DNA of 64,000 nt, taken from positions 1 to 64,000 of the IMG/VR virus record IMGVR_UViG_2932454522_000002; one strand, given 5' to 3'. The notes under the pieces were generated by a model. It ran no database searches and was not told the origin of the DNA. It saw only the letters and a program-made list of their open reading frames with translations. This document shows, in pieces, positions 1-10,004 of this stretch. The translations under genes were made by a program, and so were the position numbers. The stretch's first letter is position 1; the number at the start of each line of letters is the position of its first letter. Source of the DNA: a virus. Taxonomy: Duplodnaviria; Caudoviricetes.

Positions 1-423
1 TCACAAGACGCCGCGCTGGCGGAGCTCCTCCAGTACCCGCTCGTTCAACTCCAGGATCTCCGAGGCCGTCAGGTTGCCCTTCGTCGCCATCGCCGCGCTC
101 TGCACCGCGTCGCCGACGGTCCGCTCGAGCTCCGACTTCGGGATGGTGGAGATCCGCGCGTCGCCGTCTCCGCTGCTGCGCGGCTTGCGGGCGGTGACCG
201 GCTGCTTGCCGGAGCGGATCCGCTCGATACTGCCGGGGGCCCACTCGAGCACGCGCTCGACCTTGGCGTAGGAGGTGTCACGCACGGGCTTGCCCTGCTC
301 GACCTTCTTCCAGGTGTCCTTGCTCATGCCGACGGATGCCGCGGCCGGCTCAAGGTCAAGGCCGAGAGAGACACGTCGCTGCTTCACCTGCGCCGCGAGG
401 CGCTCAAGGTCGGGAGTACCCAT
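1..423 (-). CDS. XRE-family HTH immunity repressor (cI-like)
   Basis: N-terminal HTH (VKQRRVSLGL...MSKDTWKKVEQG); divergent from a cro-like gene. Confidence 0.8.
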   Translation of the reverse strand: MGTPDLERLAAQVKQRRVSLGLDLEPAAASVGMSKDTWKKVEQGKPVRDTSYAKVERVLEWAPGSIERIRSGKQPVTARKPRSSGDGDARISTIPKSELERTVGDAVQSAAMATKGNLTASEILELNERVLEELRQRGVL

Positions 424-436
424 GCGTCACATCCTG

Positions 437-607
437 CCAGGACCAGCTAGGACCAGCTAGGACCGGGGCCAACTAGGGCCGAATCTTGACGTACTCAGGG
501 TGACCCTCTCGCCCCGCTGCGCGCTCGGCGCACGCCCACCTGTCGACAACTTCGGCGAGATTCCGCGCGATTCAGCTAGACGTGGACGCTAGAAACCGCT
601 AGATTCT
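437..607. promoter_or_regulatory. Divergent lysis/lysogeny promoter-operator region
   Basis: AGGACCAGCT tandem repeat (439-464); GCTAGA x3 (575, 588, 598); TAGACG-N17-TAGATT ending 6 nt before ATG 612. Confidence 0.6.
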
Positions 608-611
608 CCGC

Positions 612-866
612 ATGGAACAACCCCTCCCCACCTACCAGGTGGACGGGGCGGTAATCCGCAAGCTCCGCATGCAGGCAGGGCTCAAAACGGCCGAGCTGGC
701 AGAGAAGGCAGGCATAAGCCGCGTCCACCTCAGCCACCTCGAAGTCGGCTACCGCACCCGCATGAGACCGGATACCTACCACGGCCTCCGCACAGCGCTC
801 GGCCTGCAGGCCGACTCCACGCAACTGCTTCTCGACCCCCACGAGGAGCCCTCAGAGAAGAGGTGA
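612..866 (+). CDS. Cro-like XRE HTH protein
   Basis: IRKLRMQAGLKTAELAEKAGISRVHLSHLEVG. Confidence 0.85.
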   Translation: MEQPLPTYQVDGAVIRKLRMQAGLKTAELAEKAGISRVHLSHLEVGYRTRMRPDTYHGLRTALGLQADSTQLLLDPHEEPSEKR

Positions 867-867
867 C

Positions 868-1185
868 ATGTCCACCCGAACGGCTACCCCCACGGCCCCC
901 AGGCCTCGTAGGCAGCCCCAGTTCGACAGCCTTCACAACCTCAAGCAGACCGCCATCCGGCTCGGCCTCCAGGACCCCGACAAGCCTGAGAGCAAGGTCG
1001 GCGAACGCTGGCTCCGGGACGGCTGCAACCGCCCGGAGAACGGTTCGAAGGGGCCGCGTTTCCCGCACTTCCGGATGGGCCGCTCGCTCGTCTTCAGCGA
1101 CTCGCAGATCGCGTACATCGCAGAGATGCACCTCGCCCAGGCGGTCCCCGACCGCAAGCGCGGGGCGCTCAAGTCCGCCGCCTAG
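868..1185 (+). CDS. Excisionase-like/winged-helix DNA-binding protein
   Basis: LHNLKQTAIRLG...ERWLRDG...FPHFRMGRSLVFS pattern; follows cro. Confidence 0.6.
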   Translation: MSTRTATPTAPRPRRQPQFDSLHNLKQTAIRLGLQDPDKPESKVGERWLRDGCNRPENGSKGPRFPHFRMGRSLVFSDSQIAYIAEMHLAQAVPDRKRGALKSAA

Positions 1186-1285
1186 ACGGCAATCGGCCCC
1201 ACCGCCGGGGTCCAGCCCGGCAGCAGGGCCTCCTGAAATCCCCGCCCTCACCTGCACTGTGAATGCAGAGAGAGAAGAAACTCCA

Positions 1286-1879
1286 GTGACATCATCCTCT
1301 CAGGTCGAAGAGCAGTTCGCCGACGACGTCGACTCGTTCCAGATCGAGCAGCGCGAAGCCTTCCTTGCCGCCAAGAGCACTGTCGCCGACCCGTCCGCCT
1401 GTGGCACCTGCCGCCGCCGCGTCGAGGCCGGGAAGCCGGTCGAGCACGACGAGTGCGCGAAGCGCGCCACGCTCCTCCAGGCCCCGGACCACCCGTACTT
1501 CGAGATCCTCGCCGGATTCTCCCTGGCCGCCAACGAGCAGCTCCCGGCCCGCTTCCACGTCCCGGTGTTCGCCGACACAGCCGAGCCCAAGGCCTGGATC
1601 TGCGCCGTCTGCCAGGACTCCGGCACCGTCACCCAGTGGCCGTGCGCCACCGCCACGAAGTACGGCAAGCAGGTCTTCACCCCCGAGCACGTCGCGGAGA
1701 CCGCGCAGGCCAAGCTCGTCGCCGAGGTCGACCGCCTCCGCGACGAGGCCTCCGCCGCGATCGACCGCCTGCGTGACTTGCAGCGCCTGGAGCCGAACCA
1801 CGCCCGCGCCGCTGGCCTGTACGGCGTCGAGATGCAGCTCCGGTTCGCGATCGGCACGGAAGAGGAGGCGGCTTCATGA
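1286..1879 (+). CDS. Hypothetical phage protein with CxxC motifs
   Basis: GTG start; high GC3; coupled to next gene. Confidence 0.65.
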   Translation: MTSSSQVEEQFADDVDSFQIEQREAFLAAKSTVADPSACGTCRRRVEAGKPVEHDECAKRATLLQAPDHPYFEILAGFSLAANEQLPARFHVPVFADTAEPKAWICAVCQDSGTVTQWPCATATKYGKQVFTPEHVAETAQAKLVAEVDRLRDEASAAIDRLRDLQRLEPNHARAAGLYGVEMQLRFAIGTEEEAAS

Positions 1880-2157
1880 CCGCCCCGACGCGCACGATCG
1901 CCGACCTGGACACGCCGCTGCCGGTCCTGGACCGCCGCATCGCTGACCTGAAGCAGGAAGAAGCGCGCGCCCAGGTTGAGGCCTCCGCCGCGAAGCTCCG
2001 CTACCTCCTCGCGCACCCCGACGAGTTCGCGCACACCGGCGCACCTGACGGGCTCCGAGCCGAGTACTCGCACCTGCTGCACGACGCCGACCCCGACGCC
2101 GGCACCCACGCATTCCACGACCTGCGCAAAGGCACCACCTGGAGGACTACCTCATGA
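1876..2157 (+). CDS. Hypothetical phage protein
   Basis: ATGA overlap with GGAGG SD. Confidence 0.65.
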   Translation: MTAPTRTIADLDTPLPVLDRRIADLKQEEARAQVEASAAKLRYLLAHPDEFAHTGAPDGLRAEYSHLLHDADPDAGTHAFHDLRKGTTWRTTS

Positions 2158-2378
2158 GCGACACCGAAGTCACTTTCGCCCGCGCCCGGTTGGGCGGACA
2201 CCCGGAAGAGATGGTCGTCGGCGACGTCATCAACGGCCAGGTCGTCTACCTCGGTGGCGCGCTCGCCATCCACATTCCGGAACACCTCGACCCGGCCGTC
2301 ATCGCCGCCGCCTCGAAGGCGTTCGCCGAGGCCGCCCTCAAGCAGTCCACCCGCCACACCATCAGGGCGGTGGCGTGA
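2154..2378 (+). CDS. Hypothetical phage protein
   Basis: ATGA overlap; SD. Confidence 0.65.
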   Translation: MSDTEVTFARARLGGHPEEMVVGDVINGQVVYLGGALAIHIPEHLDPAVIAAASKAFAEAALKQSTRHTIRAVA

Positions 2379-2947
2379 TGGCGACCGCGATCAACCCGCA
2401 CGTCGAGGACGTCGAGCGCGCCCTCGTCACCCTGGATGTCGAGTACGCCGCCGTGTACGGGCCGAACCTGTCGGTCTGGTCGAAGGGTGTGCGCGGCGAG
2501 TTCTTTGAGACGCTGCGCTCCCACCGCACCGTCGACCGCGAGTTCCACCCGGTCCGGCCCCGTAAGGCGTCCGCGTCGCGTCGTCGTCGTCACCTGCGGC
2601 AGCTGGCCTGGCGTATCCGGCAGATCGCCCCAGGCGCCGACACGGTGCTGCTGACACCCGTCTACACGGACGCGGGAGGCGACCCGCACCGCGTGTACGT
2701 CGTCACCGCCCGCGCCGCCGACACCAAGCAGCACCTGAGGCTCCCGACCGGCGGCTCCCGCCAGCTGACAGCCCTCATCCAAGGCGCCTTCCCGAAGGCC
2801 GACTGGAACCGCCCGCAGACCTGGCACGCGGATCTGAATCGGCTGACGACGTGGGGCCAGTCCTCCCGAGCGTTCCGAGAGACCGCCGACGCGGGGTTCG
2901 TCGAGAGTCTCGACGAGTACAGCGCACGCCTCGGAGGCCGGAAGTGA
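2378..2947 (+). CDS. Hypothetical phage protein
   Basis: TGATG overlap; high GC3. Confidence 0.65.
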   Translation: MATAINPHVEDVERALVTLDVEYAAVYGPNLSVWSKGVRGEFFETLRSHRTVDREFHPVRPRKASASRRRRHLRQLAWRIRQIAPGADTVLLTPVYTDAGGDPHRVYVVTARAADTKQHLRLPTGGSRQLTALIQGAFPKADWNRPQTWHADLNRLTTWGQSSRAFRETADAGFVESLDEYSARLGGRK

Positions 2948-3156
2948 GCAGCCTCGAACTCGGCACTGACATCTACCTCGGCCCGGTATCGCACACGGAC
3001 CGCCGCCGGGCCGCACGACGCATCGCCGCCCAGATCGCCAACGAGAACCCGGACCTGACCGCCCAGCAGATCGCCGCCGACCCGCAGCTGAACCAGGGCC
3101 TGCGCGAACTCCTCGACGCCGTCTTCGGAACCCAGCACAGCCGGAGGAACCCGTGA
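2944..3156 (+). CDS. Hypothetical phage protein
   Basis: GTGA overlap; GGAGG SD. Confidence 0.55.
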   Translation: MSSLELGTDIYLGPVSHTDRRRAARRIAAQIANENPDLTAQQIAADPQLNQGLRELLDAVFGTQHSRRNP

Positions 3157-3653
3157 GCATCACCGACATGATCCCCGCCGTCCGTCGGCGTCGCGGTAAG
3201 CACCACCCGACCACGGTCATCCGTCGGCTCCGCAGCGAGAAGCGGGAACTCGGCACCCTCGTCTGCCGGCACCAGGACCACGGTGCGCTCCTTCAGCACG
3301 ACCTGAATGTTGCGCGCAAGCAGCAGGCCGAGGCCGAGGAGCTGGTCGTGCAGCTGCAGGCCGACAAGGACGAGCTCATCGACGAGCGCGACCAGCTCGC
3401 CGCGGAGGTCGAGGCCCTGCGTGCCGAGCTCGCCCCGCACCGGGCGGCCGAGGCGAACGCCAACGCGATCGACGTCCCGCCCATGGAGCGCGACACGACG
3501 GACGGCGCCGACCAGGCGACCGCGCCCGCCGGGATCGACGTTCGGCCGCTGTGGGACGCCCACGGAATCAGCCCCGTCGTCCGCGTCTCGACCGACGGGG
3601 CGAGTGCCGACCCGGCCGAGACGTTGCAGCTGCCGAAGGTGGTGGCGTCGTGA
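3153..3653 (+). CDS. Coiled-coil phage protein
   Basis: Heptad-rich centre; coupled start. Confidence 0.65.
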   Translation: MSITDMIPAVRRRRGKHHPTTVIRRLRSEKRELGTLVCRHQDHGALLQHDLNVARKQQAEAEELVVQLQADKDELIDERDQLAAEVEALRAELAPHRAAEANANAIDVPPMERDTTDGADQATAPAGIDVRPLWDAHGISPVVRVSTDGASADPAETLQLPKVVAS

Positions 3654-4354
3654 CGACCGTCGACCTGACGGCGCCAGCCGATCCGGAGGCCGCGGCGTTC
3701 TTCGCCGACGCGAGGGACGCGCTCACCAAGCCGGTCGTCGAGGTGGCAGTGCCCGAGGTGAAGGTTTCCGCCAACTGGCCGATGACGCCGCAGCACACCG
3801 GGCCGACCATCACCGTGCCCGAGTTGCACGCGATGCGCGGTCACGCGACCCGCATCTCGTTCGACTGGATGGGCGGCCGAAAGGCCATGTGGGTCGGCCG
3901 CGAGTTCGGCGGCTGGACCATCAACGACGGCCAGATCGGCGGGCCCGCCTCCCAGGTGACCACCCGCTACGACTGGGCGGAGACGGTCCGGTTGTTCAAC
4001 GAGTACCTGACCCCGGGCCGGGCTTTCGGCGGGGACAACCTGACCGTCGACACGTGGCTGCCCGAGTACACGCTCCTCTGCCTGGCGCACGGCGACTGCG
4101 ACCAGGCGGACGGCGGCCACCACTTCGTGCACCGCCGCACCCTGCCGCTGTACCCGGTGGGCACCTACCGGCCGTGCGGTGGAGGAAGCCACGACGGCAT
4201 CTACCGCTACCGGTTCCAGGTCGATGCCCGCTGGCGACTCCGCTACGGCTGCCGCAGCCACCACGACGGGCTGCTGAAGCAACACCTCGCCGAAGCCGAC
4301 GGAACAGTGTCCGTCCGCCGCATGGACGACCACGCACCCGCACCCGCCGCCTAG
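3650..4354 (+). CDS. Hypothetical phage protein
   Basis: GTGA overlap; high GC3. Confidence 0.65.
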   Translation: MTTVDLTAPADPEAAAFFADARDALTKPVVEVAVPEVKVSANWPMTPQHTGPTITVPELHAMRGHATRISFDWMGGRKAMWVGREFGGWTINDGQIGGPASQVTTRYDWAETVRLFNEYLTPGRAFGGDNLTVDTWLPEYTLLCLAHGDCDQADGGHHFVHRRTLPLYPVGTYRPCGGGSHDGIYRYRFQVDARWRLRYGCRSHHDGLLKQHLAEADGTVSVRRMDDHAPAPAA

Positions 4355-4418
4355 AACCCCGCCGGCCGTGCAGTGACCCGCTCCGCACCGCCGGCGGCCA
4401 GACCACCAGGAGAACCCC

Positions 4419-4565
4419 ATGGAGCAGTACGTCCAGCCCGCGCTGTTCGGCAACGGCCACGTCGTCACCGTCGAGCCGCAGCAGCAGGAGCCCAACGCCG
4501 ACACCACCCCCAACATCCCGGCCGTGATCCCCGGCCAGCTCGCATTCGAAGAGGAGGCAGCCTGA
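4419..4565 (+). CDS. Small hypothetical protein (48 aa, MEQYVQPALF...EEEAA)
   Basis: AGGAG SD; stop overlaps the DnaN-like start. Confidence 0.6.
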   Translation: MEQYVQPALFGNGHVVTVEPQQQEPNADTTPNIPAVIPGQLAFEEEAA

Positions 4566-5677
4566 TGCGCGTCACGATCCCTCAGCCCGAACTGGCTGCC
4601 GCTACCCGCTGGGCTGCCCGGCAGATCCCGGCGAAGCCGTCGCAGCCTGTACTGCTCGGCGCCCGCCTGGAGGCCGCCGATGGGCGGCTGCGGATCAGCG
4701 TGTGGGACGGCGGTAACGCCGCCCACGCCACCCTCGATGCCGACGTCGAGACGGACGGGGTCGTCATCCCGTCCGGGCAGATGCTCGCCAATGTCGTCGC
4801 CAACCTCACCAAGACCGAAGTGACCCTGGACGGGGACCACGACCTCACGGTCACCACCCCGTCCGCCGAGTTCCGGATCCCCGGCATCAACCCGCACGAC
4901 TATCCGACGCTGCCGAAACTGCCCGAGACACTCGGGAAGGTCGACGGCGACGAGTTCGCCGCCGCCTACCAGCGAGTCCACCGGGCGATCTCACCGAAGG
5001 CCGTCGGCCAGTTCGCCGGCATGGCAGGGATCCGGCTGAAGGTTCTGGCCGGCATGTTGAAGCTGTCCGCCACCGACAGGTTCCGCATCGCTTCTGCCTG
5101 GCTGCCGTGGGACGGCGACTTCGAGACCGAAGTGATGGGGGTTGTGCCCGGCAAGGTGATGGCCGACAACGCCAAGGTCTTCGGTGGAGACCTGAAGATC
5201 ACCCTGCCTTCCGATGGCAACGGAAGCCTCGCATTGACCTGCGGGGGCAACGCCGTCACGAGTCTCCTCATCGACCCGACAGTGTTCCCGCACAAGGTCG
5301 ACTCGCAGGTCCCCAACGAGTTCACCGGCCACATCCACGGGTCGGCCGCAGACCTCACCGCGGCCATCCACGCCGCGATGACCGTCTCCACCGGCAACCT
5401 CCTGTGGATCAACGCACGAGGCGACAAGGTCACCCTGCGGGCCGGCCGCGACGCCTCCAGCAAGGTCACCGCCGACGCCAAATACGACGGCGACCACGAC
5501 GAGTTCGAACTCGCCATCAACGCCGGCTACCTCCTCGACGGGCTCGCCCCCATCGCCGGAGACGCCCTCATCTCACTCACCACCCGAGCCCGCCCGGCCC
5601 TCGTTGCGGACGCCGCCGACGACACCTACCAGTACGTCGTCGTCCCCATCCGCGACCCCGAAAAAGCCGCCGCCTGA
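4565..5677 (+). CDS. dnaN: DNA polymerase III beta sliding clamp-like protein
   Basis: ~370 aa; DYPTLP, LSATDRFRIA, AINAGYLLDGL and YQYVVVPIR clamp motifs. Confidence 0.85.
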   Translation: MRVTIPQPELAAATRWAARQIPAKPSQPVLLGARLEAADGRLRISVWDGGNAAHATLDADVETDGVVIPSGQMLANVVANLTKTEVTLDGDHDLTVTTPSAEFRIPGINPHDYPTLPKLPETLGKVDGDEFAAAYQRVHRAISPKAVGQFAGMAGIRLKVLAGMLKLSATDRFRIASAWLPWDGDFETEVMGVVPGKVMADNAKVFGGDLKITLPSDGNGSLALTCGGNAVTSLLIDPTVFPHKVDSQVPNEFTGHIHGSAADLTAAIHAAMTVSTGNLLWINARGDKVTLRAGRDASSKVTADAKYDGDHDEFELAINAGYLLDGLAPIAGDALISLTTRARPALVADAADDTYQYVVVPIRDPEKAAA

Positions 5678-5694
5678 CCACCGGAGACCCAGCC

Positions 5695-6339
5695 GTGATC
5701 ACCATCGCAGACCACACCCTCAGCCGCCTCGTCGCCCAGACCCGCCCGCACATGGCCACCAAGGACGCCCCGGAGGCCCTGCAGTCCATCGCCTTCGACC
5801 ACGACGGCACCTACCTGTACGCCATGGCCACCAATCGCTTCACCATGGCCGTCTCCCGCACCCAGCTGACCCGCGCCGAAGTCGAGCCGTGGACCGCAGT
5901 CGTGCACCGACACCAGGTGCCCGAACTCGTCGCCGCCGTCCGGCTCCTCGATACCAAGCCCATCAACATCGAGCGCACTGGCGAACGCCTCGTCCTGTCC
6001 GGCCAGTCCGGCAGTCGCATCTCCATCGCCCTGTCCCAGCCTGACAGGGAGCCGCTGTCCTGGCGGAAGCTCCTCCTGCCGCAGCTGGAGAAGCAGGCCG
6101 CCTCCTCGCAGATGGCGATGACCCCGAAGTTCTTCGGCGCCTGGAAGGACCTGCCGGGCCCGGTGGAAATGTGGTCGGTCGGCGAGCACCAGCCGACGCT
6201 GATCGTCGCCGCCGACTTCCTCGGCATGCAGATGCCGGTCCGCCGCAGCGGCGACGACCTCACGATGCGCCGCGAACTCGACACCTGGGCCGCCGCCAAG
6301 AAGCCCGAGCCGGAGCCGGCCGAGCCCGTCGCCGCCTAA
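5695..6339 (+). CDS. Partial beta-clamp-like protein
   Basis: LYAMATNRFTMAVSR and FLGMQMPVR resemble DnaN domain motifs. Confidence 0.55.
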   Translation: MITIADHTLSRLVAQTRPHMATKDAPEALQSIAFDHDGTYLYAMATNRFTMAVSRTQLTRAEVEPWTAVVHRHQVPELVAAVRLLDTKPINIERTGERLVLSGQSGSRISIALSQPDREPLSWRKLLLPQLEKQAASSQMAMTPKFFGAWKDLPGPVEMWSVGEHQPTLIVAADFLGMQMPVRRSGDDLTMRRELDTWAAAKKPEPEPAEPVAA

Positions 6340-6470
6340 TCCCCACCCCACAGCCACATATCGGCCCGGCCCACCTCCTCCGAGGGCCGCGGCACCCCGG
6401 GCAGCCGCCCCGACCCACCCCCCCCTGCGGGGCGGCTGCCCTCCTAAGCCACACCCTTTTGGAGCTTCGA

Positions 6471-6758
6471 ATGCAGAACATGAGTCGCGAGGAACTCATC
6501 ATCCTCCTCGACACGATCAAGACCCGGATCGCCGCCGGCGACTCCTTCGAGGGCAAGCTGCACTACCTGCTCGGCACCGACAAAGAGCAGCCGTTCCAGG
6601 TCGCGGCGATCTACCGGGTCGACGGATCGCTCGGCGCCGGCCGCACCGAAATCGTCGGCGTCGACATCGCCTCCCCGCTCGCCTGCAAATGCGGCGACAC
6701 CGACGGGCCATTCGACAAGCAGGGCCGCTGCGAGGACTGCGCCGAGGCCGCCGCATGA
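6471..6758 (+). CDS. Hypothetical protein with C-terminal Cys motifs
   Basis: GGAG SD; coupled to YqaJ gene. Confidence 0.6.
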   Translation: MQNMSREELIILLDTIKTRIAAGDSFEGKLHYLLGTDKEQPFQVAAIYRVDGSLGAGRTEIVGVDIASPLACKCGDTDGPFDKQGRCEDCAEAAA

Positions 6759-7660
6759 CCACGATCCAGCCCGCCCCGCCCGCCGGCCGCCTGCTCGGCA
6801 CCTTCGAGCCCGGCAGCGCAGAGTGGCATGCGGCCCGCGCCAACGGCATCGGTGGCTCCGAGATCTCCGCCGTCCTCGGCCTCAGCCCCTACGAGTCGAT
6901 GTTCTCCCTGTGGCACCGCAAGCAGGGCAACATCGGCCCCGTCGACGAGTCCCGGGAAATGTACTGGGGCAAGCGTCACGAGCCCACAATCTGCGACGAG
7001 TTCACGATCCGGCACCCCGAACTGCTTGTCCTGCCGTCCGGCACCTACGCGGCCGACGACGCGCCGTGGTGGATCGCCAACCCCGACCGGCTCGGCTTCA
7101 CCGCCGACGGCGACCTCGAAGTCATCGAAGCGAAGACCGCCTACGACGACTTCGAGTGGGGCGACGAAGGCACCGACCAGATCCCCGTCCACTACAAGGC
7201 ACAGGTCCGCTGGTACCTCCGGGCCTTGGGTGCCCGCCGCGCCCACGTCGCTGTCCTGATCGGCCTCTCCGACTACCGCGAGTACATCGTCGAGCCGGAC
7301 GGCGCCGACACCGAGCTGATGCTCACCGAGGGCCAGGCATTCATGGACTCCCTCGCCGCTGGCAACGCCCCATCCATCGACGGCCACACCGCCACCTACC
7401 AGGCCGTCAAAGAGATCCCCGACGGGATGGTCGACATCGACGTCCCCATCGATCCGGCGCTCCGCGACCGCTACTTCGACTCGCTCGCCGCCTGCAAGGC
7501 CGCCGAAGAGGAGAAGCGCTGCGCCTCCGGCCTCGTCCTCGACCAGATCGCCGACGGCCGTCGCGCCGTCGTCGGCAAGGACCGGATCGCCACCCGCACC
7601 GTCCGCAACGGCAAGACCCACTCCCTCCAGCCCGCCCGAAACAGGAGCACCGCCGCATGA
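6755..7660 (+). CDS. YqaJ-like viral recombinase exonuclease
   Basis: EWHAARANGIGGSE, ANPDR, IEAKT, YKAQVRWY motifs. Confidence 0.92.
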   Translation: MTTIQPAPPAGRLLGTFEPGSAEWHAARANGIGGSEISAVLGLSPYESMFSLWHRKQGNIGPVDESREMYWGKRHEPTICDEFTIRHPELLVLPSGTYAADDAPWWIANPDRLGFTADGDLEVIEAKTAYDDFEWGDEGTDQIPVHYKAQVRWYLRALGARRAHVAVLIGLSDYREYIVEPDGADTELMLTEGQAFMDSLAAGNAPSIDGHTATYQAVKEIPDGMVDIDVPIDPALRDRYFDSLAACKAAEEEKRCASGLVLDQIADGRRAVVGKDRIATRTVRNGKTHSLQPARNRSTAA

Positions 7661-8493
7661 CCGAGCAGACCGTCTCCACCGCCATCGAGAAGCGCGACAA
7701 CGGCCCCGCCGCCATGGTCGAGCAGTACCGCGAAACCCTCGCCCTCGTCATGCCCAGCCACCTCCAGACGCGCGTCGGCGCATGGATCCGCTCCACCCAG
7801 GGCCTCCTGCGCCGCGACCCCAAGCTGATGGAAGCCGCACAGAACGACGTCGGCCAGTTCATCGCCGTCCTCATGGATGCCGGACGCCTTGGCCTCGAAC
7901 CCGGCACCGAGCAGTACTACCTCGTTCCGCGCTGGAACAAGAGGAAGCGCTGCACCGAGATCACCGGGGTGCGTGGCTACCAGGGCGAGATCGAGCTCAT
8001 GTACCGGGCCGGCGCCATCTCATCCGTGATCGTCGAAGTCGTCTACAGCAACGACAAGTTCCAGTTCCAGCCCGGCCGCGACGAGCGACCCGTCCACGAC
8101 ATCGACTGGGACGCCGAAGACCGCGGTGACCTCCGCCTGGTCTACGCCTACGCCGTGATGAAGGACGGTGCGACCAGCAAGGTCGTCGTCCTCAACAGGG
8201 GCCACATCGCCAAGGTGCGCGCCAAGTCGGACAGCGCCAACGGCAAGTACCCCGAGCGGTCCCCGTGGAACACCGACGAGGAAGCGATGTGGCTCAAGAC
8301 CGGAGCCCACCGCCTCACCAAGTGGGTGCCGACCTCCGCCGAGTACATGCGCGAGCAGCTGCGCTCCAAGGCCGTCGTCGACGGCGAGCAGCGGCCTGAA
8401 CCTGCGCCCGCCACCATCCCTACCCCGGCGCCCGGAACGGTCGACGACGACTACGACGAGGGCCCCATCGAGGGCGAACTCGTCGAGGACTAG
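7657..8493 (+). CDS. recT: RecT-family single-strand annealing protein
   Basis: LGLEPG..YYLVP, GYQGEIELMYRAG, PWNTDEEAMWLKT motifs. Confidence 0.92.
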   Translation: MTEQTVSTAIEKRDNGPAAMVEQYRETLALVMPSHLQTRVGAWIRSTQGLLRRDPKLMEAAQNDVGQFIAVLMDAGRLGLEPGTEQYYLVPRWNKRKRCTEITGVRGYQGEIELMYRAGAISSVIVEVVYSNDKFQFQPGRDERPVHDIDWDAEDRGDLRLVYAYAVMKDGATSKVVVLNRGHIAKVRAKSDSANGKYPERSPWNTDEEAMWLKTGAHRLTKWVPTSAEYMREQLRSKAVVDGEQRPEPAPATIPTPAPGTVDDDYDEGPIEGELVED

Positions 8494-8559
8494 CCCGCAG
8501 CTACCGAGAGTCGCCCCGCGGGCCATGCGGGGCGACCTCCGAGAAGGAGATCACACGCC

Positions 8560-9129
8560 ATGACCACCGACCAGACCGAGAGCACGCCGCGCGAACCCCT
8601 CGACACCCTGATGGAGCGCTGGCAGGAAGTCGCCGACGCATACCAGGCGAAGGCCGGCGAGCCCGACGACGAGCTGACCCGCCGGTACAGCGACTACCGG
8701 CACATCTACCTGCGCAACATCCGCGACCTGAAGCACGTCATCGAAACCGGCCGCATGCCCTGCTCCCTGATGAGCAACGTCGAGCGGCGCCGCGGCGACT
8801 GCGGACGCAACCACGAAGACGAGTACGACAAGCACGGAACGCCCGTCGCCAAACCCGAGACGGCCGGATGGATCGGCTACACCGCCGAACGCGACCCGTG
8901 GAGCCCGGCGCCGGACGCCACCGTCAGCATTCCCCAGCCGGCGCGCCGGGTCATCGTCGAGCGGATCGCCGACATGCTCCTCAGCCGCGGCGACGACGGC
9001 TGGCACGCCGAGCAGGCCCGCCGCCTCACCTTCGCCCTGAAGGACGCCGGCGCCGACCTGACCGGCGACATCGAGAAGCGGGTCACGCTCCTCACCCTCG
9101 GCCCGGACCCGTCCGACCCGCCGTTCTAG
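8560..9129 (+). CDS. Hypothetical phage protein
   Basis: AAGGAG SD; high GC3. Confidence 0.6.
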   Translation: MTTDQTESTPREPLDTLMERWQEVADAYQAKAGEPDDELTRRYSDYRHIYLRNIRDLKHVIETGRMPCSLMSNVERRRGDCGRNHEDEYDKHGTPVAKPETAGWIGYTAERDPWSPAPDATVSIPQPARRVIVERIADMLLSRGDDGWHAEQARRLTFALKDAGADLTGDIEKRVTLLTLGPDPSDPPF

Positions 9130-9208
9130 CCCGCACACACCACGAGCCGGCCCGCGGGAATCGGGCCGGCTCGGAACCCCAGCACACCACACCCAGGAGA
9201 CACCCGCC

Positions 9209-9499
9209 ATGACGACCCAGGACACGAACCCGACCGCGACCACCACCCCCGAGCCCTACGGCCCGCCCCTCCCCACCGCCGACGAGGCCGCCAACGCCGG
9301 ACGCATCGGCTGGAACCTGCGCTGCAACAGCTGCGGCGGATACGGCGCCACCTGGGTCCCCGAGATGCGGCCCGGCTGGGGAGACCTCGCCCTCTGCTAC
9401 CCGCACGAGAAGGAGCTGTACGCCATGCAGCGCCGCCACAAGGACGAGCTCAAGACGCTGACCACCGTCAACTTCGAGCAGGACCGGAGGAACCGATGA
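9209..9499 (+). CDS. Hypothetical protein (CxxC)
   Basis: AGGAG SD. Confidence 0.6.
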   Translation: MTTQDTNPTATTTPEPYGPPLPTADEAANAGRIGWNLRCNSCGGYGATWVPEMRPGWGDLALCYPHEKELYAMQRRHKDELKTLTTVNFEQDRRNR

Positions 9500-9912
9500 C
9501 CCACATCGCCCCCGCCTTCGACGGCACCGAGCTCGCCGCCCCGGCCCCCGCGGTCACCCGCCGCATAGTCGACGACTACGAGGCCTGGCTCGACGAGGTC
9601 ACCCCCTACTACGTGGCCGCCGCCGACACCGGCCAGCCGTTCACGATCAGCGGCGTCGCCGCCGACAAGAACCTGCCCGACCCGCCCAAGGCTCAGTACC
9701 AGTGGGGGCATCTGCCGGAGCGGCTCCTCAACGCCGGCATCATGCGCGCCCACTCCGTCGCCTCCAGCCGCCGCGGAACCGTCAACGGCAGCCTCGTCCG
9801 CGAATGGATCGGCGTCCCCGCCCACCAGCGCGAACTCGTCGCCAGGCACCGGGCCGAAGCCCGCAAGGAACGCATCGCGCGGCGCATCGAGCAGAAGAGG
9901 GCCGCCGCATGA
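9496..9912 (+). CDS. Hypothetical phage protein
   Basis: ATGA overlap. Confidence 0.65.
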   Translation: MTHIAPAFDGTELAAPAPAVTRRIVDDYEAWLDEVTPYYVAAADTGQPFTISGVAADKNLPDPPKAQYQWGHLPERLLNAGIMRAHSVASSRRGTVNGSLVREWIGVPAHQRELVARHRAEARKERIARRIEQKRAAA

Positions 9913-10004
9913 ACGACGCCCTCAAGTTCATCGCCTGCCTGCTCCTCACGCTCGGCATCGCCGCCGTCGCCTTCGCCCTCATCGCGCGCGGGAGGCGGAC
10001 GTGA
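9909..10004 (+). CDS. Small membrane peptide
   Basis: 31 aa hydrophobic; coupled at both ends. Confidence 0.5.
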   Translation: MNDALKFIACLLLTLGIAAVAFALIARGRRT

